Positions 1 through 11,898 are shown, counted from the first letter of the whole stretch. The stretch: 63,882 nt of DNA, filler included, from Vicugna vicugna (GCA_013265495.1; 76 parts of 74 records of this genome joined end to end with filler, not necessarily neighbours in it), one strand, 5' to 3'. The notes: generated by a model from the sequence alone, not told the origin. Program-made: numbers and translations.

Positions 1-892
1 TCTCCTGCAACCCGTTCCCATTGTGCTGGATGTACGAACGTCTCTACACATGCTCAGTTCTGAAAGATATGTGTGTATGAAAGCCTTCTTTAACCAAGCT
101 TGAAGGGAACACAAAGTTCCTTTTCAGTTGCAAACTCCACTCCACACATATATTTGGGGAGGTACAAGCTCCAACTCGGTTTTACAGTGAAAACGGAAGG
201 CACATCAAACGGGCAGTTGGAAACAGACTGAGAAACCAGATTAAGGGTTTCTCCTGCAACCCGTTCCCTTNNNNNNNNNNNNNNNNNNNNNNNNNNNNNN
301 NNNNNNNNNNNNNNNNNNNNNNNNNNNNNNNNNNNNNNNNNNNNNNNNNNNNNNNNNNNNNNNNNNNNNNNNNNNNAGTTGCAAAATCCACTCCATACAT
401 ATATATGTGGAGGTACAAGCTCCAACTCGGTTTTACAGTGAAAACGGCAGGCACTTCAACCCGGCACTAGGAAACAGACTGAGAAACCAGAGTCAGTGTT
501 TCCCCTGCAGCCCATTCCCTTTGTGCTGCATAAACGAACGTCTATCCACATGCTCCGTTCTGGGAGATAAGTGTGGGTGAAAGCCGTCATTCACCTAGCT
601 TGAAGCGAACACAAAGTTTCTTTTCAGTTGCCAACTCCACTCCATACATATATATGGGGAGGTACAAGCTCCAACTCGGTTTTACAGTGAAAACGGCAGG
701 CACTTCAAACCGGCACTAGGAAACAGACTGAGAAACCAGAGTCAGTGTTTCCCCTGCATCCCATTCCCTTTGTGCTGCATAAACGAACGTCTATCCACAT
801 GCTCCGTTCTGAGAGATAAGTGTGGGTGAAAGCCGTCATTAAAATATCTTGAAGGGAACACAAAATTTCTTTTCAGTTGCAAACACCACTCC
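1..892 (+). repeat. 249-bp satellite array
   Basis: AGGTACAAGCTCCAACTCGG at 411 and 660 (period 249), with a further copy near 160. Confidence 0.93.
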
Positions 893-992
893 NNNNNNNN
901 NNNNNNNNNNNNNNNNNNNNNNNNNNNNNNNNNNNNTTAATTAATTAANNNNNNNNNNNNNNNNNNNNNNNNNNNNNNNNNNNNNNNNNNNN
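893..992. other. Artificial scaffold-joining spacer N44-TTAATTAATTAA-N44 (first of ~75; last core at 63635-63646)
   Basis: Identical 12-mer flanked by 44 N on each side recurs throughout (937, 1757, 2588, 3766 ... 62681, 63635). It gives TAA in all six frames, and the sequence on either side is unrelated. Confidence 0.98.
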
Positions 993-1712
993 GAACCGCA
1001 CTCCAGCTTATGCAATCCATCATGGAAGAGAAGCTTATGGATTCTATTAGAACACTGGCACTGCTCTCAGTTGGAGGAACTTTCCCACTCTCAGAATTCC
1101 GGAAGTCAACCTTGTGTGGCGGGGACATGTGGAGCCACAATCCAAGTAGATGAATGGGGTAACAGTTGTTTCCCATTAGGGAGAAGTCCTCTAAATAATT
1201 CCATATTCCATCGGGGGGCAGTTGCTGCTACTTGGCCTCCAAGCCAAACTCCCAGATTTCCCTCTCAGCCCGGCATATGGAAACACTCAAGGAATACAAG
1301 CAAAGAGATTCTATTAGAACCCAGGCGCTGCTGTCATTTGGAGGAGCCTCCCCACAATCAGGATACCTGAGCACGTCTCCGTGTGTGTGCTGGAGGTGGG
1401 GAATCAGAGTCCACGCATCTTTATGGGGGCACAGGTGTTCCAAGGTTGGGGAAGAAGTTTCAAATCCTCCACTGCCCACAGAGATGCACTCGCTTATTCT
1501 TGGCTTTAGAGCCCATTCCCCACCATCGCTCACTGCTAGGTCTAGGAAAAAACTTAGGGAAGTCAAGCTGAGTNNNNNNNNNNNNNNNNNNTGTCAGTTG
1601 GAGGATCTTCCACACACTCATGATTCCGGATCCCAGACTTGTGTGTGGGGAGGTGTGTATACCCAGCCCACACAGATGAATGGGGGCACAGGTGTTCCAC
1701 ATTAGCGTGAAA
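993..1712 (+). repeat. Diverged relative of the 267-bp satellite
   Basis: CTATTAGAAC at 1044 and 1311 (period 267). Motifs TTAGAACCCAGGCGCTGCTG, CCTCCCCACAATCAGGA and CACAGGTGTTCC are shared with the 267-bp family. Confidence 0.85.
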
Positions 1713-1812
1713 NNNNNNNNNNNNNNNNNNNNNNNNNNNNNNNNNNNNNNNNNNNNTTAATTAATTAANNNNNNNNNNNNNNNNNNNNNNNNNNNNNNNN
1801 NNNNNNNNNNNN

Positions 1813-2543
1813 CAGCGCGTGGGTTCTAACGGAAGCCTAAGCTAGTCTCCCCTGAGGTTTTTCCTAATGTTTCTGTGCCTATGAATGCTAGGGGTGTATG
1901 CAGGTTATCCCAGTGACAGAGGCTGCAGCCACAAGGTCAGGGAAGATATTTCTCGGACTTCCCCGAACAGGGAACACCTGTGACTGAAGAGAGAAGCGTG
2001 CAGTTTTCTCTCGAGCTCCCCCACGCACTGACAATTGTTCCGGATTCCTGAGCATGGGGAGGTTCTACCAACGGTCGGCAGCGCGTGTGTTCAAACAGAA
2101 AGCCTATGCTCGTCTCCGCTGAGGTTTTTCCAAATGTCTCTGTGCCAGGGAATGCTAGGGGGGTTTGCAGGATATCCCAGTGTCAGAGGTTGCTTCCCCA
2201 AGTTCAGGGAAGTTATTTCTCAGAATTCCACGATCAGGGAACACCTGTGACTGAAGACAGCTGCGTGGAGTTTTCTCTCGATCTCCCCCACGCACTGACA
2301 ATGGTTCCGGAATCCTGAGCGTGGGGAGGTTCCACCAACGGTCGGCAGCGCGTGGGTTTTAACGGAAAGCCTAAGCTCGTCTACCCTGAGTGTTTTCCTA
2401 ATATCTCTGTGCCAGTGAATGCTAGGGGTGTTTGCAGGATATCCCAGTGACAGTGGCTGCCTCCCCAAGGTCAGGGAAGTTATTTCTGGTTCTTCCCAGA
2501 ACAGGGAACCCCTGTGACTTAAGAGAGCTGCGTGGAGTTGTCT
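1813..2543 (-). repeat. 267-bp GC-rich satellite array
   Basis: About 2.7 tandem monomers carrying CTCTCGAGCTCCCCCACGCACTGAC and GCAGGATATCCCAGTG. Confidence 0.95.
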
Positions 2544-3821
2544 NNNNNNNNNNNNNNNNNNNNNNNNNNNNNNNNNNNNNNNNNNNNTTAATTAATTAAN
2601 NNNNNNNNNNNNNNNNNNNNNNNNNNNNNNNNNNNNNNNNNNNCAGTTTTTGTGCAGAGACCTGACAGGAGAATAAAGTGTGGACGTTAACGTCGGTAGG
2701 AAAGGTTGGTGGGTTTTGAATTGCCCCTAGAGTCGTGTCTCTGTTTCTCTGTACATGACGTCAGCCGATCAGGTATGGGTGTTCCTACTTCTGAAGAGAA
2801 TTACGTGTCCTCCTCATCGACTAATTCGAGAGGCCGACCTGCTCATCCAATTGCAACATCTTGAATCTGCTTCTTTCTATCCAGGAGGAGATTTCCAACT
2901 AAGATGCCAATCAAAAATTCCCGTGTCCAGAGTTAGAGNNNNNNNNNNNNNNNNNNNNNNNNNNNNNNNNNNNNNNNNNNNNNNNNNNNNNNNNNNNNNN
3001 NNNNNNNNNNNNNNNNNNNNNNNNNNNNNNNNNNNNNNNNNNNNNNNNNNNNNNNNNNNNNNNNNNNNNNNNNNNNNNNNNNNNNNNNNNNNNNNNNNNN
3101 NNNNNNNNNNNNNNNNNNNNNNNNNNNNNNNNNNNNNNNNNNNNNNNNNNNNNNNNNNNNNNNNNNNNNNNNNNNNNNNNNNNNNNNNNNNNNNNNNNNN
3201 NNNNNNNNNNNNNNNNNNNNNNNNNNNNNNNNNNNNNNNNNNNNNNNNNNNNNNNNNNNNNNNNNNNNNNNNNNNNNNNNNNNNNNNNNNNNNNNNNNNN
3301 NNNNNNNNNNNNNNNNNNNNNNNNNNNNNNNNNNNNNNNNNNNNNNNNNNNNNNNNNNNNNNNNNNNNNNNNNNNNNNNNNNNNNNNNNNNNNNNNNNNN
3401 NNNNNNNNNNNNNNNNNNNNNNNNNNNNNNNNNNNNNNNNNNNNNNNNNNNNNNNNNNNNNNNNNNNNNNNNNNNNNNNNNNNNNNNNNNNNNNNNNNNN
3501 NNNNNNNNNNNNNNNNNNNNNNNNNNNNNNNCTCCAAAGGTATACATGTTCCAAATCTGACCCAAAACCAATGAGCCTTTTCTTTTTTTTAAGAACTTCA
3601 CCATGGACAAAAGATGTCACTAAAGAAGGTGAGAAAAGAGCAGGTCCCCATAATCCAGAGTCCCTCCCAAAGGGCTCACAGAAGTAAAGAGGAGATGAAC
3701 GAGAGAAACGTTTTATTTATANNNNNNNNNNNNNNNNNNNNNNNNNNNNNNNNNNNNNNNNNNNNTTAATTAATTAANNNNNNNNNNNNNNNNNNNNNNN
3801 NNNNNNNNNNNNNNNNNNNNN

Positions 3822-5030
3822 GGGGAGGTTCCACCAACTGTCGGCAACGCGTGAGTTCTAACGGAATGACTAAGCTGGTCTCCCCTGAGGCTTTTCCTAA
3901 TGTCTCTGTGCCAGGGAATGCTAGGGGTGATTGCAGGATATCCCAGTGTCAGAAGCTGCCTCCCCAAGGTCAGGGAAGGTATTTCTCGGACTTCCCCGAA
4001 CAGGGAACACTTGTGACTGAAGAGAGCTGCAGCGTGGAGTTGTCTCTCGAGCTCCCCCTCACGCTGACAATGGTTCCGGAATCCTGAGCGTGGGGAGGTT
4101 CCACCCAAAGTCGGCAGCGCTGGGTTCTAACGGAATGCCTAAGCTCGTCTCCCCTGAGGGATTTCCTAATCTTTCTGTGCCAGGCAATGCTAGGGGTAAT
4201 TGCAGGATATCCCAGTGTCAGAGGCTGCCTCCCCAAGGTCAGGGAATGTATTTCTCAGACTTCCCCGAACAGAGAACCCCTGACACTGACGAGAGCTACG
4301 TGAAGTTTTCTCTCGAGCTCCCCCACGCGCTGAAAATAGTTCCGGAATCCTGAACGTGGGGAGGTTCCACCAACGGTCGGCAGCGCTGGGTTCTAACCGA
4401 ATGCCTAAGCTCGTCTCCCCTGAGGGTTTTCCTAATGTCTCTGTGCCAGGGAATGCTAGGGGTGATTGCAGGATATCCCAGTGTCTGAGGCTGCCTCCCC
4501 AAGGTAAGGGAATATATTTNNNNNNNNNNNNNNNNNNNNNNNNNNNNNNNNNNNNNNNNNNNNNNNNNNNNNNNNNNNNNNNNNNNNNNNNNNNNNNNNN
4601 NNNNNNNNNNNNNNNNNNNNNNNNNNNNNNNNNNNNNNNNNNNNNNNNNNNNNNNNNNNNNNNNNNNNNNNNNNNNNNNNNNNNNNNNNNNNNNNNNNNN
4701 NNNNNNNNNNNNNNNNNNNNNNNNNNNNNNNNNNNNNNNNNNNNNNNNNNNNNNNNNNNNNNNNNNNNNNNNNNNNNNNNNNNNNAAATACCTGTGACTG
4801 AAGAGAGCTGCGTGGAGTTGTCTCTCGAGCTCCCCCACGCACTGACAGTGTTTCCGGAATCCTGAGCGTGGGGAGATTCCACCAGCGGTCGGCAGCCCGT
4901 GAGTATTAACGGAATGCCAAGCTCGTCTCCCCTGAGGGTTTTCCTACTGTCTCTGTGCCAGGGAATGCTAGGGGGTTAGCAGGGAATCGCAGTGTCAGAG
5001 GCTGCCTCCCCAAGGTCAGGGAAAGTATTT
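3822..5030 (-). repeat. 267-bp satellite array (gapped)
   Basis: Same monomer. Two adjacent copies share a 1-bp deletion (GCAGCGCTGGG). Confidence 0.95.
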
Positions 5031-5130
5031 NNNNNNNNNNNNNNNNNNNNNNNNNNNNNNNNNNNNNNNNNNNNTTAATTAATTAANNNNNNNNNNNNNN
5101 NNNNNNNNNNNNNNNNNNNNNNNNNNNNNN

Positions 5131-5720
5131 GCTGGGTGAGAGGCGGCAGGTGCACACCTCGCCCTGGACAGCTGTTGCCGGGGCTCCGGGGCAGGTGGCG
5201 TGGGCAGAGGGGTCTGGCCCGAGCAATTCAGCTGGACACAGGCTGACTGGCTCCCTGAGGTCTGTGACACGCGGGCCGCCCTCCTGCAGCCGCCTGATCA
5301 CTTTCCCGGGGGCTCCCCACCTTGCACTTCCACAGCCAGAGGCCCCGGCCCCAGGCAGGAGCCAAAGGCTTACCGGGCTACAGAGCTGAGAAGCCTTTGG
5401 GGCCGATCCCCGGCTCGGAGCTGGAGCTTCCAAAGCGCGGTCAGCTGGCACCCACTGCGCATGCGCAGGAAGGCCAGCGATCCTCTAGTTCTGCGAGAGA
5501 AGGTGGGGCAGCGAGGAAGAAGATGGGAGGGGGAGGAGAGGAGGGGAAAAGTGGAGGGAGACAGATGGACAGGAAGAGCGGAGAGAAGAGAGGGATCTGG
5601 ATAGGTGAGGGTCTTAGCGAAGAGAAAAAGCTTTACCACTGGGGGCACCCCAAAAGAGGCAGCAATACTGCCTCCGTACCCTTCTGTAACCTTTCAAGAC
5701 CCGCAGCTGAAGTTTTACCT
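5131..5720. promoter_or_regulatory. GC/CpG-rich promoter-like fragment with NRF1 site
   Basis: CpG-rich sequence. Perfect palindrome CTGCGCATGCGCAG at 5455-5468 contains the NRF1 consensus TGCGCATGCGCA. Confidence 0.5.
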
Positions 5721-5820
5721 NNNNNNNNNNNNNNNNNNNNNNNNNNNNNNNNNNNNNNNNNNNNTTAATTAATTAANNNNNNNNNNNNNNNNNNNNNNNN
5801 NNNNNNNNNNNNNNNNNNNN

Positions 5821-6639
5821 CTAGCATTCCCTGGCACAGAGACATAAGGAAAATCCTCAGGGGAGCCGAGCTTATGATTTCCGTTAGAAACCACGCGCTG
5901 CCGACCGTTGGTGGAACCTCCCCACACTCAGGATTCCAGTACAATTGTCAGTGCGTGGGGGATCTCAAGAGACAACTCCACGCATCTCTCTTCAGTCACA
6001 GGTGTTCCCTGTTCGGGGAAGTCCGAGAAATACCTTCCCTGACCTTGGGGAGGCAGCCTCTGNNNNNNNNNNNNNNNNNNNNNNNNNNNNNNNNNNNNNN
6101 NNNNNNNNNNNNNNNNNNNNNNNNNNNNNNNNNNNNNNNNNNNNNNNNNNNNNNNNNNNNNNNNNNNNNNNNNNNNNNNNNNNNNNNNNNNNNNNNNNNN
6201 NNNNNNNNNNNNNNNNNNNNNNNNNNNNNNNNNNNNNNNNNNNNNNNNNNNNNNNNNNNNNNNNNNNNNNNNNNNNNNNNNNNNNNNNNNNNNNNNNNNN
6301 NNNNNNNNNNNNNNNNNNNNNNNNNNNNNNNNNNNNNNNNNNNNNNNNNNAGATATTAGGAAAACACTCAGGGGAGAAGAGCTTAGGCATTCGGTTAGAA
6401 CCCACGCGCTGCCGACCTTTGGTGGAACCTCCCCACGCTCAGGATTCCGGAAATATTGTCAGTGCTTGGGGGAGTTCGAGAGACAACTCCACGCAGCTCT
6501 CTTCAGTCACAGGTGTTCCCTGTTCGGGGAAGTCCGAGAAATACCTTCCCTGAACTTGGGGAGGAAGTCTCTGCCACTGGGATATCCTGCAAAACCCCGT
6601 AGCATTCCCTGGTACAGAGACATTAGGAAAACCCTCAGG
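5821..6639 (+). repeat. 267-bp satellite array (gapped)
   Basis: GAGACAACTCCACGCAGCTCTCTTCAGTCACAGGTGTTCCCTGTTCGGGGAAGTCCGAG monomer core. Confidence 0.95.
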
Positions 6640-6739
6640 NNNNNNNNNNNNNNNNNNNNNNNNNNNNNNNNNNNNNNNNNNNNTTAATTAATTAANNNNN
6701 NNNNNNNNNNNNNNNNNNNNNNNNNNNNNNNNNNNNNNN

Positions 6740-7203
6740 ATAACCATGGCATTCCGTATTCCGAACATGTTTCATGCGTCACGGTTTTCTCAAGAATGCA
6801 TTTCTGAGTTGTGAACATGCGGATGACACATGTTTCAAACACCAAACAAGTTACCTATGCACTTTGAAATATTTACTTTGACTTCGTAGCTTCTACCTAT
6901 CACCAGTTTCAAGAATCACAATTTTATCNNNNNNNNNNNNNNNNNNNNNNNNNNNNNNNNNNNNNNNNNNNNNNNNNNNNNNNNNNNNNNNNNNNNNNNN
7001 NNNNNNNNNNNNNNNNNNNNNNNNNNNNNNNNNNNNNNNNNNNNNNNNNNNNNNNNNNNNNNNNNNNNNNNNNNNNNNNNNNNNNNNNNNNNCCTCTATA
7101 AATGTTTTCATCTAGACACGTGTACTCATTTTCACAGGCTTTCCCTAACACTTGTTTCGAATTCGCGCATTTTTCACAGAAAAATTCTTCTGGAGCGAGT
7201 TCC
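6740..7203 (-). repeat. AT-rich ~740-bp (3 x ~247) satellite
   Basis: Matches subunits of the arrays at 29986-31516 and 33304-34091 (CCATGGCATTCCGTATT, TCACCAGTTTCAAGAATCAC, CTAGACACGTGT). Confidence 0.9.
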
Positions 7204-7303
7204 NNNNNNNNNNNNNNNNNNNNNNNNNNNNNNNNNNNNNNNNNNNNTTAATTAATTAANNNNNNNNNNNNNNNNNNNNNNNNNNNNNNNNNNNNNNNNN
7301 NNN

Positions 7304-8174
7304 GAGTGTGCAGGCCCAGGCCAGGGAAGGTCCAGGCCAGGGAAGGTCTTGGAGTGTACAGGTCCAGGTGTGTGCAGGCCCAGGTTTGTGCAGACAGAGA
7401 AGTGTGCAGGCCCACTTGGGTGCAGGCCCAGGCCATGTCAGGCCCAGGAGTGGACAGGCACAGGAGTGTGCAGGCCCAGGCCAGGGCAGGTCCAGGCCAG
7501 GGAAGGTCTTGGAGTGTACAGGTCCAGGAGTGTGCAGGCCAACGAGTGTGCAGGCCCAGGAGTGTGCAGAACCAGGTGAGGGCAGGCCCCAGCGTGTGCA
7601 GGACCAGGAAAGGGCAGTCCCAAGGTTGTACAGGCGCAAGAATGAGGAGTCCCAGGACCGTGCACGCCAAGCAGAGGGCAGGCCCAGGAGTGTGCATGCC
7701 CAAGAGTGTGCAGACACAGGAGGAAGCAGACCGAGGAGTGTGCAGGCCCATGTGTGTGCAGTCCCTGGAGTGTTCAGGCACAGGAGGAAGCAGACTTAGG
7801 AATGTGCAGGCCCAGGAGTGTGCAGACACAGGAGTCAGCAGGCCCAGGAGTGTGCAGGTGCAGGAGTTTGCAGGCCCAGGAGTGTGCAGACAGAGGAGGG
7901 AAGAGGCACACGAGTGTGCTGGCCCAGGAGTGTACAGGCCCAGGTGTGTGCAGGCCCTGGTGTGTGCAGTCCCAGAAGTTTGCAGACACAAGACGGAACA
8001 GGCCTAGGAGTGTGCAGGCCAAGGAGTGTGCAGACCCAGGACTGTGCAGTCTCAGGAGTGTGCAGACACAGGGTGTAGCAGACACTCAAGTGTACTGGCT
8101 CAGGAGTGTAGAGGCCCAGGTGTGTGCAGGCTTTGGGATGAGCAGGCCCAGGAGTGTGCAGGCCCAGGAGTGTC
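7304..8174 (+). repeat. 16-bp GC-rich tandem repeat (TGTGCAGGCCCAGGAG)n
   Basis: Units start at 7803, 7819, 7835 and 7851; the repeat fills the whole scaffold. Confidence 0.95.
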
Positions 8175-8889
8175 NNNNNNNNNNNNNNNNNNNNNNNNNN
8201 NNNNNNNNNNNNNNNNNNTTAATTAATTAANNNNNNNNNNNNNNNNNNNNNNNNNNNNNNNNNNNNNNNNNNNNGCACCTCCTCCACCACGGGCCGCGAT
8301 CCTGATCTTCCCCGTCCCGTCCCGAGTCCCCACAGGGTGCGCCATCGGGGCGGCTGCAGGGGCTGAGGGCCTGGCAGTGGGCATGACTGCCCCCATCCTG
8401 CGTTCCCCGAGGCTCTCCTTCGGGGGCTGCGGCACTGGCTGATGCAGCATCCTGTGTTTGCTGACACAACAGGCGACATTTTTCATTCACCAAGGGTAGG
8501 AAGATAAACTTCAAGAAGTCAAAGTAGAAAAGGCCAAGGAGAAAGGAAAATGGTAGCAGTATTTGAAGATCAGTCCAAGTCAGATAACAAAAATAAGAGG
8601 CTTTCTGAAAGGAACACACTTTAAAAACTGAGGGGAAAAGATCATCAGAGAAATAACTGAGGCAATTTCCCAGCTCCGATGGACAAACTGAGGGCTACTA
8701 CAGCAGACTGCAGAGGCCTCGCAGCGAGGAGCGTCCCGCACCACGAGAACACCACTCTGGGCACACGGGCCCGACGCGCTCTGGCTAAGTCACCCCGAGG
8801 CTGTGGAGCGTGGGCCCTGAGTGCACCCTCCCTGTTCATGTTGTCATATTTTAACTATATTTTTCCTGTAAAACACTTTAAAAACATCT

Positions 8890-9182
8890 TATAAATGACA
8901 ATCTGCTGTATACATCTCTTTGCAACTTGCTGTTGGTTTTTTTTAGCACTGCTTTGGGATTTATCCAAGTTGATGTGCATAGATCTAATACATAATAGTT
9001 AACATAAAAGAATGAGTCTATTTATGACTAAAACACTGTGTATCCTCCTTACCTTATCCCATCCTCCTTCAGAAGCAAGTGACTGCAATTGTTCTTTACT
9101 GTCCACAGTCCTTTACTGAATGTTCACATCCACACACGCCATGCACAAGTGCCAGTGTGTCTCTAGGACACACACCGGAAAG
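8890..9182 (-). mobile_element. Old L1 (L1M-type) 3' region fragment
   Basis: GGGATTTATCCAAGTTGATGTGCATAGATCTA and GTGTCTCTAGGACACACACCGGAAAG resemble antisense ancient L1 3' UTR; recognised by eye. Confidence 0.45.
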
Positions 9183-9282
9183 NNNNNNNNNNNNNNNNNN
9201 NNNNNNNNNNNNNNNNNNNNNNNNNNTTAATTAATTAANNNNNNNNNNNNNNNNNNNNNNNNNNNNNNNNNNNNNNNNNNNN

Positions 9283-9301
9283 CAGATAGATAGATAGATA
9301 G
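9283..9301 (+). repeat. (AGAT)n microsatellite truncated at contig start
   Basis: CAGATAGATAGATAGATAG. Confidence 0.8.
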
Positions 9302-9689
9302 GTATGCCCTTGCCAAAAGACAAGATACAGTGTTTGAACAAAAGTGCTTATTTTTTTGCTGCAATGAGAGCAAAAGTTCCACACTGAACGACAGTTCATG
9401 TGGGCATTTAGATCCACAAAAACCACAATGCCTATTTCCACAGATTGAGAAGTTTAGACGTAAACAAAAGTGAAACTGATAGGAAAGAGTTAGATTTATT
9501 ACCTCTTACTGAGGCAGACTTGAAAAACTGGTACAGGTTTTAACAAAAGCATAACCTGACATGGATGGAATAATTTGGCAATCAAATGCTCTAATTGATT
9601 AGCATTAATACTTTATGACCCATAACTCAGTTTTCAAAACATCATAATCACAAGCTACGCAGGGGAGGCTCAGAAAAGCCAGCAAACTC

Positions 9690-9835
9690 TTGACTGAACC
9701 TCCCTTGTCTCAGTTTCCTTCCCTGTAAAATGGGAATAACAGAACTTACAGAATGATTGTAAGAGTTAAATGAGGTCAAGTATGTGAGCATTTACTACCG
9801 TAAATGTAACACAAAGATGTTAAATTATTATTGTA
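9690..9835 (+). mobile_element. MIR SINE fragment
   Basis: Core CTCAGTTTCCTTCCCTGTAAAATGGGAATAACAG followed by TTGTAAGAGTTAAATGAG. Confidence 0.8.
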
Positions 9836-9981
9836 GTATTTATGGCAGACTAAACCCAAACACATACATGGCCCAGAGAAGNNNNNNNNNNNNNNNNNNN
9901 NNNNNNNNNNNNNNNNNNNNNNNNNTTAATTAATTAANNNNNNNNNNNNNNNNNNNNNNNNNNNNNNNNNNNNNNNNNNNN

Positions 9982-11429
9982 TTGTGAACATGCGTCTGAC
10001 TGAAGTTTCAAACACCAAACAAGTTATAAATGCACTTTGATATATTTATTTTCACTTCATAGATTCTGCCCATCACCAGATTCAGGAATCACACTTGATC
10101 TCAAAAAAACCTCTTGGAGCGAATTCAAACCTAGTGATGTGTAATTTGAATAGATTCCATCTACATGATATTCCGTGTACCTTACATGCTACATACATGA
10201 CGGATTTGACAAACATGCATTTTGAGTTGAGAGAATGTGGTTTACTAATCTTTCATCCTCTATAAAAGGAAGATTTTCATCTAGACACGTGTACACATTT
10301 TCACAAGCTTTCCCTAAAACCAGTTTCGAATTCGTGGTTTTTAAACAGAAAAATATTTCTGCAGCAATTTCAACCTAACAGAATTGTAATTTACATGAAT
10401 TCCAACAACATGGCATTCCAGGTTCCGTACATGATACATGTATGACGGATTTGGCAATCATGCTTTTCTGACTTGTNNNNNNNNNNNNNNNNNNNNNNNN
10501 NNNNNNNNNNNNNNNNNNNNNNNNNNNNNNNNNNNNNNNNNNNNNNNNNNNNNNNNNNNNNNNNNNNNNNNNNNNNNNNNNNNNNNNNNNNNNNNNNNNN
10601 NNNNNNNNNNNNNNNNNNNNNNNNNNNNNNNNNNNNNNNNNNNNNNNNNNNNNNNNNNNNNNNNNNNNNNNNNNNNNNNNNNNNNNNNNNNNNNNNNNNN
10701 NNNNNNNNNNNNNNNNNNNNNNNNNNNNNNNNNNNNNNNNNNNNNNNNNNNNNNNNNNNNNNNNNNNNNNNNNNNNNNNNNNNNNNNNNNNNNNNNNNNN
10801 NNNNNNNNNNNNNNNNNNNNNNNNNNNNNNNNNNNNNNNNNNNNNNNNNNNNNNNNNNNNNNNNNNNNNNNNNNNNNNNNNNNNNNNNNNNNNNNNNNNN
10901 NNNNNNNNNNNNNNNNNNNNNNNNNNNNNNNNNNNNNNNNNNNNNNNNNNNNNNNNNNNNNNNNNNNNNNNNNNNNNNNNNNNNNNNNNNNNNNNNNNNN
11001 NNNNNNNNNNNNNNNNNNNNNNNNNNNNNNNNNNNNNNNNNNNNNNNNNNNNNNNNNNNNNNNNNNNNNNNNNNNNNNNNNNNNNNNNNNNNNNNNNNNN
11101 NNNNNNNNNNNNNNCACTTAACAGATGTGTAATTTACATGAATTTCAACAACATGGCATTCCGGGTTTCGTACATGCTACATGTATGACGGATTCGGCAA
11201 TCATAAGTTTCTGGATTGTGAGCATGTGGATTACTGACCTTTCATCCACCAAACAAGGCGTACATAGGCTTAGAAATATTTACTCGGACTTCATAGTTTT
11301 TTCTATCACCAGGTTCTAAAATCGGACATTTGGCACCAGAAAACACTCTTTGAGCGAAATCTCAGCAATACACATGTTATTTGAATTGTTTACATAAACA
11401 TGGCATTCCGTATTACGAACATGTTTCAT
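9982..11429 (-). repeat. AT-rich ~740-bp satellite (gapped)
   Basis: All three subunit types are present (CTTGGAGCGAATTC, TCTGCAGCAATTTC, TTTGAGCGAAATCTC). Confidence 0.92.
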
Positions 11430-11898
11430 NNNNNNNNNNNNNNNNNNNNNNNNNNNNNNNNNNNNNNNNNNNNTTAATTAATTAANNNNNNNNNNNNNNN
11501 NNNNNNNNNNNNNNNNNNNNNNNNNNNNNCTACTGAAGTGGCAAGGTGACCCTTAGCAGCAGTGCCATGCAGTCGGCATTGATTCAGGAAGACTCTAGGC
11601 TGCCAGGTCCACCACTGATTAGAAAGGTGACTGGGAAATTGCTTAAGATTCTAGCGTGTGGCCAAGTTCTTAAAGGTGTTCTAAAGGATATTCTAAGAAT
11701 TAAAGGGAATAATATACACCAGAAGTTTACATAGTACCTGTCACCTACTGAGAGGAAAGGCTCAGTAGATTTTAGGATTTATTATTCCATTCAATCAACA
11801 GATTTATAATCCACAGATGTATTAAAATGTGGTTACTTCTCCTAGGAAAGGATGCTGGAATATTATTTAACAAGACTTTGCTTAATAAACAACATTGT

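Noticed and set aside
7248..8230. Cys/His/Pro-rich repetitive ORFs resembling keratin-associated or metal-binding proteins (also 55275-56209)
   Set aside because: The 16-bp unit is not a multiple of 3, and all frames on both strands give the same kind of peptide.
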